Of a stretch of 64,000 nucleotides of DNA, positions 29,401 through 43,329 are shown in pieces. Position numbers and translations under genes: made by a program. Numbering within the stretch: position 1 is the stretch's first letter; every line of letters starts with the position of its first letter. The notes beneath the pieces were generated by a model that ran no database searches, had not been told where the DNA came from, and saw only the letters and a program-made list of their open reading frames with translations. Origin of the DNA: Leucoraja erinacea (taxonomy: Eukaryota); contig NC_073405.1 in NCBI RefSeq assembly GCF_028641065.1, positions 17,360,001-17,424,000 of the forward strand, given 5' to 3'.

Positions 29401-31600
29401 TGAGAAAGATGACATGGGGATTTGAATCTTTCAGGTTGTAGCCTGATTCAAATGCATGTAAGCCCAACAGTTTTCAATTTGGCTGTAAGCATTTTATAGC
29501 CTCTGTACATGGCGCTCATTTGAGTATTTATTTTCTTCCACTTATCCTAAGGTCTGAGGGGTAAAATACATTTGTAAATCTCCAAAAATGTTGAGGTATA
29601 ATAAATGATCTGTTATGCCTTGAACCAATGTTCTGCAGTTGGTGATATAATTATATAATTTAGTGCCCTAATAAACATGATATGTCAAAGTTCTAGCTAC
29701 CAGAGATGAAAGTATGTTGTATCTAATAATGTTACTAACTTGAATATTTAGCACCACAACTACTAAAAAGTGAAACCATTCCAGAGTGAAACTGCAAGAA
29801 GCACAAGAGTTGGAAATGTTCCAGGATTGGAAAAGTGGTACAAAGCAGATTGGATGTTTGTGTGGTTATCCTGAGTAACAGCCATAGGTTTTGAGATTGA
29901 GTAAAAAAGAATGGGCAGGTGTAATATATTTTAAAGTTGTATGTTACACTTTTTTTTCCCCCCAGAGTTAAATAATGCATGGCAGCTAGTAGGAGTTATT
30001 TTTACTAATGCAGTACAAGGTATAGTTCCTGGCAAGACTGATGTGCCTGGGCTTGATGTGTACTGAGTTCGTGGATGTAAATGTTTAAATACTGTTGCTT
30101 TATTTTAGTTTGCTACAAAGCCAGACGAAGGCTGTTTTAAGTTATTAAACATTTTGTACTTAATTTATTTTCTCACCAATATTAAATTATGTTTGATTCT
30201 GTTTTAAAAGACGTCTGACTGAACTCTTGATTTGCTTTTTTACAGTGTTCATGGGTTTTATTTTCAGGTTTTCAAGCCGAATTAAACTGTATCCATGATT
30301 ATCTTGAGTTGCCTAAAAGGATTAAACTAAACAGTTAAAAATAGTATTTGAAAATATTTTTCAGTTCTTCTTCCTACTCCACACATTGATATGAACTTCA
30401 ATATCAGCATAGTGTATTTATGTACAAAATGATGGCAGCATCACTTGCTAATATTTGCACTATTGTCATTATATTTTGATGTTTTACTCAGATTTTCTCA
30501 GATCAGCTTTGGGCCATGACACATTTGCATCTAAATATTCCCACAAAAAGCACTGCTGTTTCTTCCGTTCATTTATTTAATAAAAAGCGATAGTCTTAAA
30601 ACAAACAATTACTTCTTAAATAACAATTAAGCTTGTTTAGTATGATAAATTCATTTGCCCCTAAGCACCAAGGAGAATCCTAAACTTTGGATGATCTAAC
30701 ATGCTACTTTCTCCATCAGGACTGTTTTGTTCTCAAAATTGACCTATTATGGTGGCTTTTAGTCATATTGTGGCTGTTGGATTCTGAAATATAATACAAA
30801 CGTTCATCTGAAATAATTAGGACAGTTTTATCACAAATAACAGGTCGAAATGTAGCACCAACTTTGTTTTTACGCAATCCATTGCTATCAGTTGTGAATT
30901 CATGGACGACCACATACCTCCGCTTTTTTTTCCTCCTTTTTTCGGCAGCCTTTTTTTAAACTGTTATGTGATTTAACTATGGAAAAATACAGCAACCGTT
31001 TCCAACCTATCTCGACATTGGATGAAACTGCTGTATATTGTCCACTATGTTAATGGGTAAATATGCACTTATCCTTTATAGATTTGCAAGAGCGAAATAA
31101 ACATCACTTAGATCTACCAAACAATGGTGTTCTGCAGGCTAATTAATGCACCACAATTATGTGTCCTGTTGAACTTAATACTGCATTTTCAACTTCTGCC
31201 ACATGCTTTCATGCCTACATTTTTAGTTTGAGTCATTTGCAGTAAATTTGAAGTGTCTGTATAGATTACCTATAAAGAATATTCACTGACCAATCAATCA
31301 GTGCCTCAATATCTAAAGATTGGAATAAATTTGCAGGCAACCTGCAGAAATTTCTTAACTTTGAAGAGAAATGGGACATACTAATAAACTCCTTTATTTT
31401 GTGTTTTTTTTTAATGTGGCTAATAAGCTTAATTTACATGCTCAGAATTGGCCTTTGGCTCTTTTTTCTCGTGTTTTCATAAAGCATTTGTAATGAAAAG
31501 TGCAGTTATGTAGCTGGATGCCATCGACAGTGCGCAAGGGTAAATCTTGAATAAATTGCTAACATTTTTGCTGATGAGGTTGGGAGTATGCAGAGCAAGG
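23452..31600 (+). other. ELAVL1: Probable long AU/U-rich ELAVL1 3'UTR (distal end uncertain)
   Basis: Follows the stop codon directly. U-rich, many ATTTA motifs, no recognisable TE until ~32543. ATTAAA at 24487; AATAAA at 27418, 28092, 28553, 28791, 29258, 29600, 29670, 30579, 31096, 31324, 31383 and 31550. Confidence 0.6.
24410..24600 (+). promoter_or_regulatory. Candidate proximal polyadenylation signal (ATTAAA) embedded in U/GU-rich tracts
   Basis: ATTAAA at 24487-24492. Upstream: TTTCTTTTCATTTTGTTTCCTTTGTTTTGTTTG. Downstream: TTTGTTTTGTTTTG...TTTTGTTTTGTTTTGGGGTTTTTTTTTT. Confidence 0.6.
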
Positions 31601-32542
31601 AATTCAATCATAATTAATGCAGCTTTTAAGAAATTTAGCACAAATTGTTCTACTATTTAACATTAATGTACTGTCAGCATTTAATCACTGCTCATTTTAT
31701 ACAGAGTGCTTCTGAACTGGATAAATCTTTGTGTCTCTGAGCCAGATATTAACAAATTGAGTCATTATTCGCCTTGGGCAACTGCATTCAGCAGAGGATA
31801 AAACTATACTAATACTGATGCTATGTTTGTTTCAGGAACAGTTAAGCTAATATTTCTATTATTGTAAAAGTGTTGCAATGTTGAATTACTGGACAAGTTT
31901 ACCTCATTCCAACTGCTCTGCTATCAGTGCGACGTATGATAAATAATGTGCAGAAGTCTATTTGGAATTAACATGGAGGAAGTTCCTTAGATTGTTTCTG
32001 TTGTATATTAATCATGCGTCCATGTTGAATGTCACCAGCACCATTTAGGTTGTGCTACTGAACAATTATCCACCAAAGGTCAAATTTTACAAGTTGTATA
32101 ATTGGTTGAGACTCTTGGCAGCTTTAAGAATTACTTTTCATCCAGAATCTAGATTTTATTTGCTCCCTTTGATTGAAAATGCTGAGGCAAGGCCTAGTGT
32201 TTACTAAATGATTATGCACCATTGATTTTGCAATGATCAGGTTATTAAATGGGAAACTAACAATATCCATCATTAAGGTAGATTTATTTGTAAATTGACA
32301 ATATCTAAGATTTAGGTCGATTTGTACAACGGGCAAGCCTTTTGCTTAAATTCCTATTCACTCAACTTTGCCTGCTATGGTGGTTAAGTGTTATACATTT
32401 GTGTCTGGTGGCAATCTCATCATTACACCAAGATTTTATATAATTTATTACGAAGCATATTACAATTAGAGAATGTCTAACAGCTGACAGGAGATAGTAG
32501 TCTGACGTTTACTACCATTGGTATTGAATGCTTTGATGATAG

Positions 32543-32850
32543 ATTCAAGATAGTTTATTGTCATGCGTCCCAGATAGGACAATTAAATTCTTGCTTTGCT
32601 TCAGCACAGTATATAGTAGGCATAAATACAGAACATATCAGTGTGTCCATATACCATTGAGGTGTGGGTCCTAGATGATGCTGCCAACCTCTTTGGGGCA
32701 GCGACTGCGATAGATCCCCTCGATGGTAGGGAGGTCAGAGCCTATGATGGGCTGGGCGGTGTTTACAACTTTTTGTAGTCTTTTCCGCTCCTGGGCGCTC
32801 AAGTTGCTGAACCAAGCCACGATGCAACCGGTCAGCATGCTCTCTGCTAC
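32543..32850 (-). mobile_element. Rex1-like LINE 3' end
   Basis: Minus strand reads ..ESMLTGCIVAWFSNLSAQERKRLQKVVNTAQPIIGSDLPTIEGIYRSRC..., followed by a GACAATAAAC..CTTGAAT tail. Confidence 0.75.
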
Positions 32851-35764
32851 CTTGTATATCCCAGAATCAAATAAAAATGTAGTTTTGTGGATATATAAAA
32901 ATTCAATTTTATAGCAGGCCTTTCCTATGCTTGTACCATTCTAAACGTCTCAAATGTACTGGCCTCTGTCTTCTCTCACAGCTCACTCTACATACACACT
33001 ATCACCGTGAGTGGAAAAACTTGCTCTGCATTTCCCCTTTAAATCTTTTCCCTCCTAGCTTAAACTTGTCATTCTGTTTTAGACTCCAGGGGATTAAGAT
33101 TGTAACTACCCTATCAATGCCCGTCTTAAATGTATAAACCCCAATAAGATTTCACCTAGGAAAACAGTCCCACCTTATCTAATCTCTATAACCCAAGCCC
33201 TCCAGTCCTGGCATCATTCCTATGTATCTTTTTTGCACTCTTCACCGCCCTATCTATCTATGCCTTCACATTCAGGGAATAAGATCTCAATCCAAGGTCT
33301 CGCTGTTCAGTAACACTCCCCATGGTTCTGCCATTCATGTGTATGCCCTGGCCTTGTTTAACTTACAGGAAAATGTCACTGCATCTGACTGGTTTAATTT
33401 CTCTCGGCCATTCCCTTGCCCATTTTCCCAGCTAATCCCGATTCTATTGGATAATTGTGTTTGAATTTATTTCCCATTATTCTCAAGCATTCTTACTCGT
33501 GTTGGAAGTAAATATGGTAATTTGTTTGCGCCAACAAGGTCTCACAATCAAGATGTGACATAACCTCGATTTGGTGGTGATGATTCCAAAAATAATATCA
33601 AATCCCTGTTCTTAAGATTCTGCCATGGGTTAATAATAGACATGGAATTGTGGAAGAGAGGTGGAAATAAGATGCCTTTTGTGTACCTCATCTCCAAAAA
33701 ATTGAAATGTTCAAGGTGTAGTAAATATATAGTTCAAGGTGTCTAAGATATAGTAATCCTACTTCAAGTATATTTTTGTGGAACAAATATAAAATTAAAC
33801 TCCACGTTTTCCATAATGTGCATAATGCAAATTGTTAAAATAGTGTGCAGATTTGGAATGTAGCTATAATTGAGGCAAGTATGTTTTTAAAAACACAAGC
33901 TCTTCAAACTGAATCTTCACCCAATCATGTTGTACTTTGGATGCTGGATTGATGAGATAAGAGCCACATATCATCTTTAGGCTGCAATTTGGGTATCTGT
34001 GTCATATTTATAGGCGGACAGTGGTGCAGCGGTAGTATTGCTGGCTCACAGCACCAAAGACCCAGGTATGACTAGAGTAAACTACTGAAGGATAGCAATA
34101 GATAATGTATTGAGGCCAATCAAAATCCAGTTTTGTAATTTCCATAAAATTGGATTACTTCAGAGGGTCCAAAGCAGGCTGCAACTTGAAATCAGTTCTT
34201 GTTGTCTTGGCAACCATATTCTAATTGGAACAAAAAGCAGGAAATGTGGGAAGCAAAGAACTATGACCCAGATTACGGTGAATGGCTGATGTTTTGCTTT
34301 CATATGTAAGGTTGCACAATATTTTTCTGGTTTGATCAATTTAGATATTGTACCTAAAGGATTGTAAAAGGCAGTTATTAATGTTGCCTCATTATTGGAT
34401 AAATTAGATTAAAATTGAAGTGCAATTGTGGCCAAGTAGAGGCATATCTTTAATATATTTTACCCTGAAGGCTCGTCGAAGGAAAGGGTTATCAAGATAT
34501 GACATCATATTCTGTTGGACTTTTAAGTGGTGAGCGTAAATTGGAGAACTGCAGCCCATTTGTTGAAGAGGCATTTGTTCATCTCTATTGCTGAGACTTC
34601 ACAAATGAGCTGAGGACATACGTTGATCTCAATGGTCTAAATCTTTTTTTCCCAATTGCAGGAGTAATGTTTATTCCCATTATCTCTGCTCCCATCTGTC
34701 TAGCCCTTGAGAAGTCTGCCCAAAACTAGCATAGCACATTGTGTTTTATATTCCAGTAATGAAATAAAATGCACAAGTGGAAAATGATTTTACTTTTAAG
34801 TTGTCACTTTGGATTGTATGTCAACTGTGCAGAAGTGGTTTGTATTTGTGTTATTAGGAACATTACTGTACATGTCTTTTATAAGAAGTTACTGTTTTTA
34901 TGACCAATTTTCATGAAAATGCATATTGCTGTACAGTCCAGTAGAAAAACAGCAGGTCTGAAGTATGTAGACTGGAATAAATACTCTTTGAAATAACATC
35001 CAGGCTCTTTTTTAATAACCTTTCATCTAGCCTCTGTCTCAGATCATCTTTATTTTGTACCTCTTTCTGATAAATAGCCCTAAACATTTGGAAACCTTTT
35101 TCATTGAACACTGAAGTTGGATTCCATTGGTGGCTTCAGCCCAGTGTGGAAGGATAACATCCAGAAGAGCATTCATGTTCCCACTTATAAAATAGGTTCT
35201 GCAATCAAATCACAGCTTAGCTGCAATGGTGTGTTTTTCTTACTGAACATCAAAAATTGCTGCACATGTTCTTATAGAAGCTGGATAATTGGGACCTTTG
35301 GGGCAAAAAGTAGGTTAAACCTTTACCAAGGAAATTCTATGCAAGATGATATAACTGATAGTTGAAATTAATTAATCAGCCTAGGTTAATGTTTACACAA
35401 TGACATGATGCGAACATCTAGTATTTTGCACCTTAATTTGGTGAATATAATGATCACAAGGATATGTAAATTTAAGTATGACGGTTGAGATTGATTCTGA
35501 ATTGTTTTTATGAAATAGCTTTAATAGCCCTACAATGAACCCTTGTACTTGACCGATACTTGTCAAATTTAAACAGATCCTTGTCTTAAAATCTCTTTAG
35601 TCTAAACCCCATCCCTTCTCTCCAGCACTTTGGCACTTCTGCCCTGAGTGAGGCCAAGTACCTGTATATGTATTCCCTATTTCTAGTCCACCAGAAATGG
35701 CAGCATAGCTTTTAGTGATACCTGACCTAAAATTTGCTCAGTCAGCAGCAGATTATAATTGAAT

Positions 35765-35843
35765 ATTCCGTTTGGGGAACGGGTTGCGTTTGGGGAACGG
35801 GCCTCCCGTGTGACAGGGACCCAACGGGTCCCACTTGCTCTAG
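35765..35843 (+). mobile_element. Helitron-type 3' terminus of a short non-autonomous element
   Basis: Perfect hairpin GGGACCC-AAC-GGGTCCC (35816-35832), then CTAG (35840-35843) 7 nt later, followed by T. Internal tandem repeat CGTTTGGGGAACGGG x2. Confidence 0.6.
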
Positions 35844-36699
35844 TTTCCATTAAATCTCTGGAACTGTTGGGGCATAATGCAACAGGAATCGTAGAAGGGA
35901 AGCAAATGCCGCCCCTTACGTAATCATCACACTGATCTTTCCACTGTTTTCTCTGCTGATCAAACTTCCATTTTGGGACATGGGCACTTAATACTTTACA
36001 CTCACCCAAATGGGTGTCCATCATGAGCCATGGCGGCATGTCACAGTTGCATTGTAGTTAAACCTTGATTTTTGAATATATAATGTACGCTTGAATGTTT
36101 TTGGTATTTATCAGGAAAAATGGGCTCTCACCCCACCCCCACCCCCCTAGCCTATACCATTCCCGTATTCATAGTCCAGGTTATTCTAAAACATTAATCA
36201 ATTGTTGTGTTAATACGTTACAGGGCATGAGTTTTGCTCTGGTATCCTGCAATTTGCATTCAATTCAATTTAACCAAAACCTTGGGAGGGTTTCAATTTT
36301 GCCAGCTAACAGTTTCACCTGTGCTTCAATAAGAATTAAATGCCAGGTTCTCAGATGTTCATAGTGAAGCCATCTGTTAAATTGCAGTTTTTTTGAAGAA
36401 CAAAGGTAGTCCACTAACTCAAATTTGATTTCCTTTCTATAGATCGCTGCTTACAAGTTTAGCAAACTTTTGGTCCTTTTGCATGTAGATAGATTTTCCA
36501 TATTGTAACTTGGTAATTTTGCTATCTCTAGTCCAATTGCATAGATTGTCTGAAAATAATGAATTACTCTATGATCATTATACTATTTTAAACGGTGGGG
36601 AGGACTATGGCATGTCTCAGCCTTTTTTATAATCAAATGAGAAAATTTAAAATTTGGGAGAAATGGCTTAATGGAATTTTAAAAAATTAGGGACGACAC

Positions 36700-36953
36700 T
36701 AGAGTGCCAGAGACCCGGGTTTGCTCCAGACTATGGGTGCTTGGCTGTACAGAGTTTTATGTTCTTCCTGTGACCTGCGTGGGTTTTCTCCGGGTGCTCC
36801 CGTTTCCTCTTACACTCCAAAGATGTACAGGTTTGTAGGTTAATTATCACTAGTGTGTAGGATAGTGTTAGTGTGTGGGGATCACTGCACTGGTCAGCTG
36901 GACTCAGTGGGCCAATGGGCCCGTTTCCACACTGTACCTCTAAACTAAACTAA
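36700..36953 (+). mobile_element. HE1-type V-SINE
   Basis: V-domain CGTGGGTTTTCTCCGGGTGCTCC..TTTCCTC..ACACTCCAAAGA; CR1-like tail ending (CTAAA)n. Confidence 0.82.
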
Positions 36954-37517
36954 TGAATGAATTTTATTTCCAAGATCATTGCGTCTTCAACATTGCCACT
37001 GCACAAATTGATGCTTTTAGAGAACTTTGATTAAGTCCTGCTTCAATGTAATGTTGATGTTTTGCATTGTTCACTTAATTGTTACAAATATGCAGAATGT
37101 TCTTTTTTTTTTACAAAAGCTATTGGATTCGGATATGATGCAGTCATCAACACCTTGTGCTCAAATTCCAGGGGAAATTTCCTGAGAAATGAAGAACGAA
37201 TTAGACTCATCTAGGTAAAACTGGAAAACTTATCTTCAGCTTATATTTTATTTTTTTTGTCTCCAGTTTCCCCCAAAAGTATTTAACAGCTCAATTGAAA
37301 GATTAGAGAATCCACACTTATTTTCTAAAGTTAAAACCACGGAAATAAAAGTGCTTTCTAATGTTCATGGAATTGGTTCTGGATTATTTCCTATTCCAAT
37401 CATTCTCTTTCAAAAAAGTTGCTCAGAAATGAAATCCTTGGGTAACTCAGTGTCTCAATATGTTGCCACTGCATTATCGTCAATGGCTGCAATTATTCAG
37501 CCTTTCCACTTGTTTTG

Positions 37518-38554
37518 TAGCAATGTTACAATATTTTGAGATTCTTAAAAATCAAGTCTGCAATTTATCCCACCAGATAAAGCATAAAAAGTTCAATTTG
37601 ACACCTAATTCACTTTCATATCTTCAGTATTAAAAACGTTATGGCCATTTTCAGACTCGGAAATTAGAATCTTGTTCCCTATTGCTTTTCCATTGACTTG
37701 ACTCAAAAGCTGTGATCGAGGACAGTCAAAAGCCCATAAATTTCTTAAAAATTAAGAGAACTGAATGAAATTTTCAGTTATTATAGATTGAAGCATTCTG
37801 AAACAAATATGAAACAATCTTACTTGGATGACCTGAAATTAAAGCATATAATTAGTTAGTTACCTAATTGTAGCTAATTACAAAATTCAATTACTAGATC
37901 TAAACATCTATCCATGTCTTAAGAAAAGGTTAACATTTTTAAATAGCCAAGTGTCCAAATAACATTCACACAAGGATTCACAATATAACATGATTTTTAA
38001 ATCTCATTGTCATGAATTTATAGGCCAAATGGAAGGAATTTATTGTTTAATTCCCATAAATTAATGGGCATTTTAATCATCTTGCGAGTGGGTTTTTGTG
38101 GAACGCGATCGATTGGAATGTTGTGAAATTGAATTTGAACCTCATATCGGCAGGAAAAACACTGCCGGCTCGTATGGGGCCAAAATCACATTATCGCCAA
38201 GGAAATTTTGATTAAAGTCATCCTAAGAAGCAAGTTTATATGTAAAATACACGACTTACCTTGTGTTTTGTCCCTTATGTGAGATCCGTCCTGTTGACGG
38301 TGTTAGAAGTAGCTTTTTATTTTACTCCAGAGATTAAATTGTCCCGCGATTAAAAAAAAACAAAAAACTTCCAAGATCGAAAGTCGGGTCGATTATTCTT
38401 TAGCAGCTTAACAGCCTGAGGAAGTTCGACTCCGACAGGCAGGGGCAAAGGGCATTTTAATCCCCCCCCCCCCCTCCTCAAAGGCGCCAAAGTCGCGCAT
38501 ACGGCCAGTGGCAGAACTGCAGCGCCGCTGAAGGTGAGTATTGTAACATGGCTA
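37518..38554. mobile_element. ~1-kb non-autonomous DNA transposon with 16-bp TIRs (TAG...CTA termini)
   Basis: TAGCAATGTTACAATA (37518-37533) vs TATTGTAACATGGCTA (38539-38554): 15/16 inverted match. No coding capacity. Confidence 0.65.
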
Positions 38555-40117
38555 TGGTGTGGTTCGAATTCCATATTTTGCTGCTTCTGTGTATCGGCTC
38601 CCAAGATCATACAGTGAAATCAAGTTCCTGTAACTCAGACTCACTTCAGAGACTTAGAAAATGATACGGCTTGACTGTTTAAATAGCTTCCTTGAATTTG
38701 AAACAATAAATTACAGGATTTTTTTGTAGAGGGAGATATGAAATTAGGCCTTTCTCATTTTTTGTATGTTACTTTTCATAAAAGAAGAACTGTAACCTTG
38801 TTCATTCTGTAGTTAAATCGGGGAATTTACCTTTTGTAGAAATTTTAATTTAACCAAAGTGTCCACTAATCCTCTATTAGCAAAAAAAAGATAAGCGTCC
38901 AGAGGCTACCTTAACTTCCTTTCTGTTCTATAATCCTAATGTATAATTGTAGCATTCCATGATTTGTGTCGCATCAAATTTGTTAAACATTTAATCATCA
39001 GTATCATTTAATAAAGACACATCAATTACAAGCATTACAGCTTGATATTGGAAATCTTTGTTTCACCAACAACAGAATTGCAATCCCCACTTCCAGCTCT
39101 TTTGAATTGTTTAACAATAAATTGGTAATGATATTCAAGTCTAATTTTAAACAATTGCACTATGGGTAACTAACTTCTTCAAAACTTTGCCAGTGCATGA
39201 ACTTTTTCCCAAAAGTATTTAACTAATAGTTATATTAAAGTTTTCTTGCATTGGTTTCACCCCTCTCATTCCTGAACCTGCTTCTCAATGCTTGGGTACT
39301 GATTATTGATGTTATCAAAGAACTTGCCAATGTGGCCATTATTAATTTATAGGAGGCAGGGGTGTCAGCAAGGGTACAGCTGATGTAGCATGTCTTTATC
39401 CTAGTGTTCACTTTTCAGAAAATAGATGGTCTTTCTGCTCCCAGTTCAGAGTCACTAAAGTATCTCGGGACACTCCTGCATTGCATCTGCCAAATTTCTA
39501 ATTCATAGGTTTGGAATTATGCTAATCCACCCTTTTCTACGGGTAACTCACTTTACGGTAATTTGGGTAATGGAAAATTCACAAATCACTAACGAAGAAA
39601 CTGGTACAGAATAAAATCTCACTCTCAACGAGAACCTTTTTTTTTCAACTCCCATTAATGCAAACGCAGATGATGTGGTTCGCATTATGGAAAACTGATA
39701 TGGGTTTTTCATGGAATGCAATCCCTGCAACGTGGAGGCTGTCTATATAAAAATTGTGAAAGTATCACTTCACTCTGCTCCAACACCCCTATGTTTCAGT
39801 AGTTTGCTGGCTAGATTGCAAATGATAGCGAAGCAGAAGCAAGAATCAATCAGACTTTTTGTAGATATTGGTACAAGTAAAAGACACCCAGATTTCATTC
39901 ACAGTTTCCTTTACAAAATAATGTTCTTATTCTCGCCTTATACAAAAACAGAAAATTATGGAAATGGTTGGGTAGCACCTGCAGAGAAAGACACAGAGCA
40001 ATTCAAGTTGAGGAAGAAAGGTTTTGTGACCGAAGATGTTGACTATCTCTTTCTACAGATCCTTAAAGAACTCGTCTGAGTGTTTCCAGCATTTTCTGTT
40101 TTTCTTTTAGATTTCAA

Positions 40118-41490
40118 TAGACACTAGGTGCAGGAGTAGGCCATTCAGCCCTTCGAGCCAGTGGCCAATTCAATCTGCTCATGGCTGATCATCCCCAATC
40201 AGTACCCCGTTCCTGCCTTCTCCCCATATCTTTAAGAGCCCTATCTACCTCTCTTGAAAGCATCCAGAGAACCTGCCTCCACCGCCCTCTGAGGTGGAGA
40301 ATTCGACAGACTCACAACTCTCTGTGAGAAAAAGTGTTTCTCGTCTCCGTTCTAAATGGCTTGCCCATTATTCTTAAACTGGCCCCTAGTTCTGCTCCCC
40401 CAACATGGGGAACATGTTTCCTGCCTCCAACGTGTCCAAACCCTTAACAATCTTGTATGTTTCAATAAGATACCCTCTCATCCTTCTAAACTCCAGAGTG
40501 TACAAGCCCAGCCGCTCCATTCTCTCAGCATACGACAGTCCCGCCATCCCGGGAATTAACCTTGTTAACCTACGCTGCACTCCCTCAATAGCAAGAATGT
40601 ACTTCCTCAAATTAGGGGCCAAAACTGCACACAATACTCCAGGTGTGATCTCACTAGGGCTCTGTACAACTGCAGAAGGACCTCTTTGCTCCTATACTCG
40701 ATGACTTGTTATAGAGGCCAACATGCCGTTTGCTTTCCTCACTACCCGCTGTACCTGCATGCTTACTTCCATAGACTGATGAACAAGGACCCCCAGATCC
40801 CGTTGTACTTCCCCTTTTCCCAACTTGACACCATTTAGATAGTAATCTGCCTTCCTGTTTTTGTGACCAAAGTGGGTAACCTCACATTTATCCACATTAA
40901 ACTTCATCTGCCATGCATCTGCTCACTCCCTCAACTTGTCCAAGTCGCCCTTTATTCTCACAGTTCACACTGCCACCCAGCTTTGTGTTATCTGCAAATT
41001 TGCCAATGTTACTTTGAATCCCTTCATTCAAATCATTGATGTATATTGTAAATAGCTGTGGTCCCATCACCGAGCCTTGCGGTACCCCACTAGTCTGCCA
41101 TTCTGAAAGGGATCCGTTAATCCCTACTCTTTGTTTCCTGTCTGCCAACCAATTTTCTATCCATGTCAGCACTCTACCATGTGCCCTAATTTTGCCCACT
41201 AATCTCCTATGTGGGACCTTATCAAATGTTTTCCGAAAGTCCATGTACACTACATCCGCTCGCTCTCCCTTGTCCATTTTCCTAGTTGCACCTTCAAAAA
41301 ATTCCAGATTATTCAAGCATGATTTCCCCTTCGTAAATCCATGCTGACTCAGACCGATCCTGTTACTGCTATCCAAATGTGCGGCTATTTCATCTTTTAT
41401 AATTGACTCCAGCATCTTCCCTACCACCGATGTCAGGCTAACTGGTCTATAATTCCCTATTTTCTCTCTCCTGCCTTTCCTAGATCTACT
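40118..41490 (-). mobile_element. CR1 LINE (RT domain to 3' tail)
   Basis: ORFs read GNYRPVSLTSVVGKMLE...QHGFTKGKSC...DFRKTFDKVPH...SGVPQGSVMGPQLFTIYINDL...KFADNTKLGG, then FNVDKCEV. Confidence 0.95.
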
Positions 41491-43329
41491 GATTTTATTT
41501 TCAATTATTGCCATGGCCCAGTTACATGTATGGCGGATATCTTCAAAGTAGTGTTGGATGGGTTTGCAGAACCTTTTTAAATTTGGAAATGGGCATTTTC
41601 AAACTGACTGCGGAGGAGCTATACCTAAGAATTCCACTAAATTCCTGCTAAATAGCTCAATGAATTCATATAAGCAAAAAACCTGGGAGAAGCTGACACA
41701 TCTGAAGTACAGATATGTTTTTTTAAATAAGGGTTGTCTGACATTTCAGAATTTAGGTCCACTGCTTAAGAATTAGTACACTGTTTAAATTTTAACCACT
41801 GACTGCTTCTGATGGATGGAATGGTTTAATTTGTCTTTCTATTTGGCTTTTTAAATTTTGTTGCATAAATAGTTAGCGCTGGTGGCATTATCAGTGGAGC
41901 TGATGCAAAGGATTAACAATCTGATGTGAACTACACCACTTATTTGGCAAAAACTTCCTGGCTTGATTGTGGACCCCTTGTTACAGGTAAGAATACACTT
42001 TTCAAGAATTTGTATGTTTGTGTTCATTTTCATTGTTTACAAATGAGTTAGTATGTCTAAGCATTTCCACTGACAGTCCTTCCATCTTGTGTGTGGCACC
42101 TCTATTTTTTAAAAAAGGCCTGTGCCCCTTGGTTCAATTGGGAAATAATTCCTAATATTACACAAACCATGAAAAGCAAGAAATATACCGATGACTAAGT
42201 GGTAATGCCATAACAATGGATTCTGGCCATTGGCCAACGGGGGAAGAACAATCTAATGAATGTCGCAATTCATAATCATTATTAAAGTAGGTTATGTAGT
42301 GGACGTGGATCAAAGAGTTTTGAAAATGCACCAGTGAAAAGAATGAGGAAAGGTCCAGTTAAGAAAGGAATTGGGAGAAGGGACTTGTGAAATGGGGACT
42401 CTGGTTGAGGGCACTAGCAAGTAATTGGCGTAATTTAAATGCAACCCTCTGATACCTCAGCTGACTGCATATTGTTGATGTGTAAACCAGAGCAGCAAGC
42501 AACAACAAGCTTTTTATTTCACGTTGCCAAATTTGTTTTATAAACTTTAATAAAAGAACTGAAAATTAAAGTTTTTTCGGTAGACTAAAGAGAAACTATT
42601 GAAAGAACAAACCTTGCAAAGCTGAGGTAGTGGAAGACTGAATGATGATGTGTAACATAGACATTGGTGTGATCTGTAATCCATTGCTGAGGCCATTTGC
42701 AGAGCAAGTTATGGTCAGCCATTTTATCATAGACCAAGGAGCAAACCTAGTCCTTTCTATTCTCCATGATGCGTTGTATTCATCTCTCTTCTATCGATAT
42801 TTAATTCCAATAGGAGTTGCCCAACAGGAAATAAGTTAGTGTTCTGTGCAATTTCAGTCAAGGGAAAGTCTCGCATCATAAAAATCCCTCCCAACACCAC
42901 AGCAGAGGTCAAATTTATAGGCTATAAAATTATATTTATGTTTTAATATTTTTAAGCATGAGACGTGGACCTGGTAATATTTAGTATCAGGTGAGGTGCT
43001 ATTAACTTATGCTTGTGTCCTTAATAAAAGTTCTCATTTCTTGTCCTTAGTTCATTTCCCCACAATGAAGAAATATTTAAGAGTCAAACATGTTGACATA
43101 AAGACCATTCAGATGAGGATGGAAACATTGCATCCCTGAGAGACATAATGAACCTGGTGGGATTTCAAAATAGTTGCACAATGAGACATTCCAAAATGAG
43201 AATTCTTAATAATTAGGAAGTGAAATCAGGGTAATGCAGGAAATTGTGGGCCAGTGAACCTCGCATCAGTACTGTGTAAGCTATTGGAGATAGTGCTTAG
43301 GGATGGTATTTAATTGTGCTTCGAAGACA

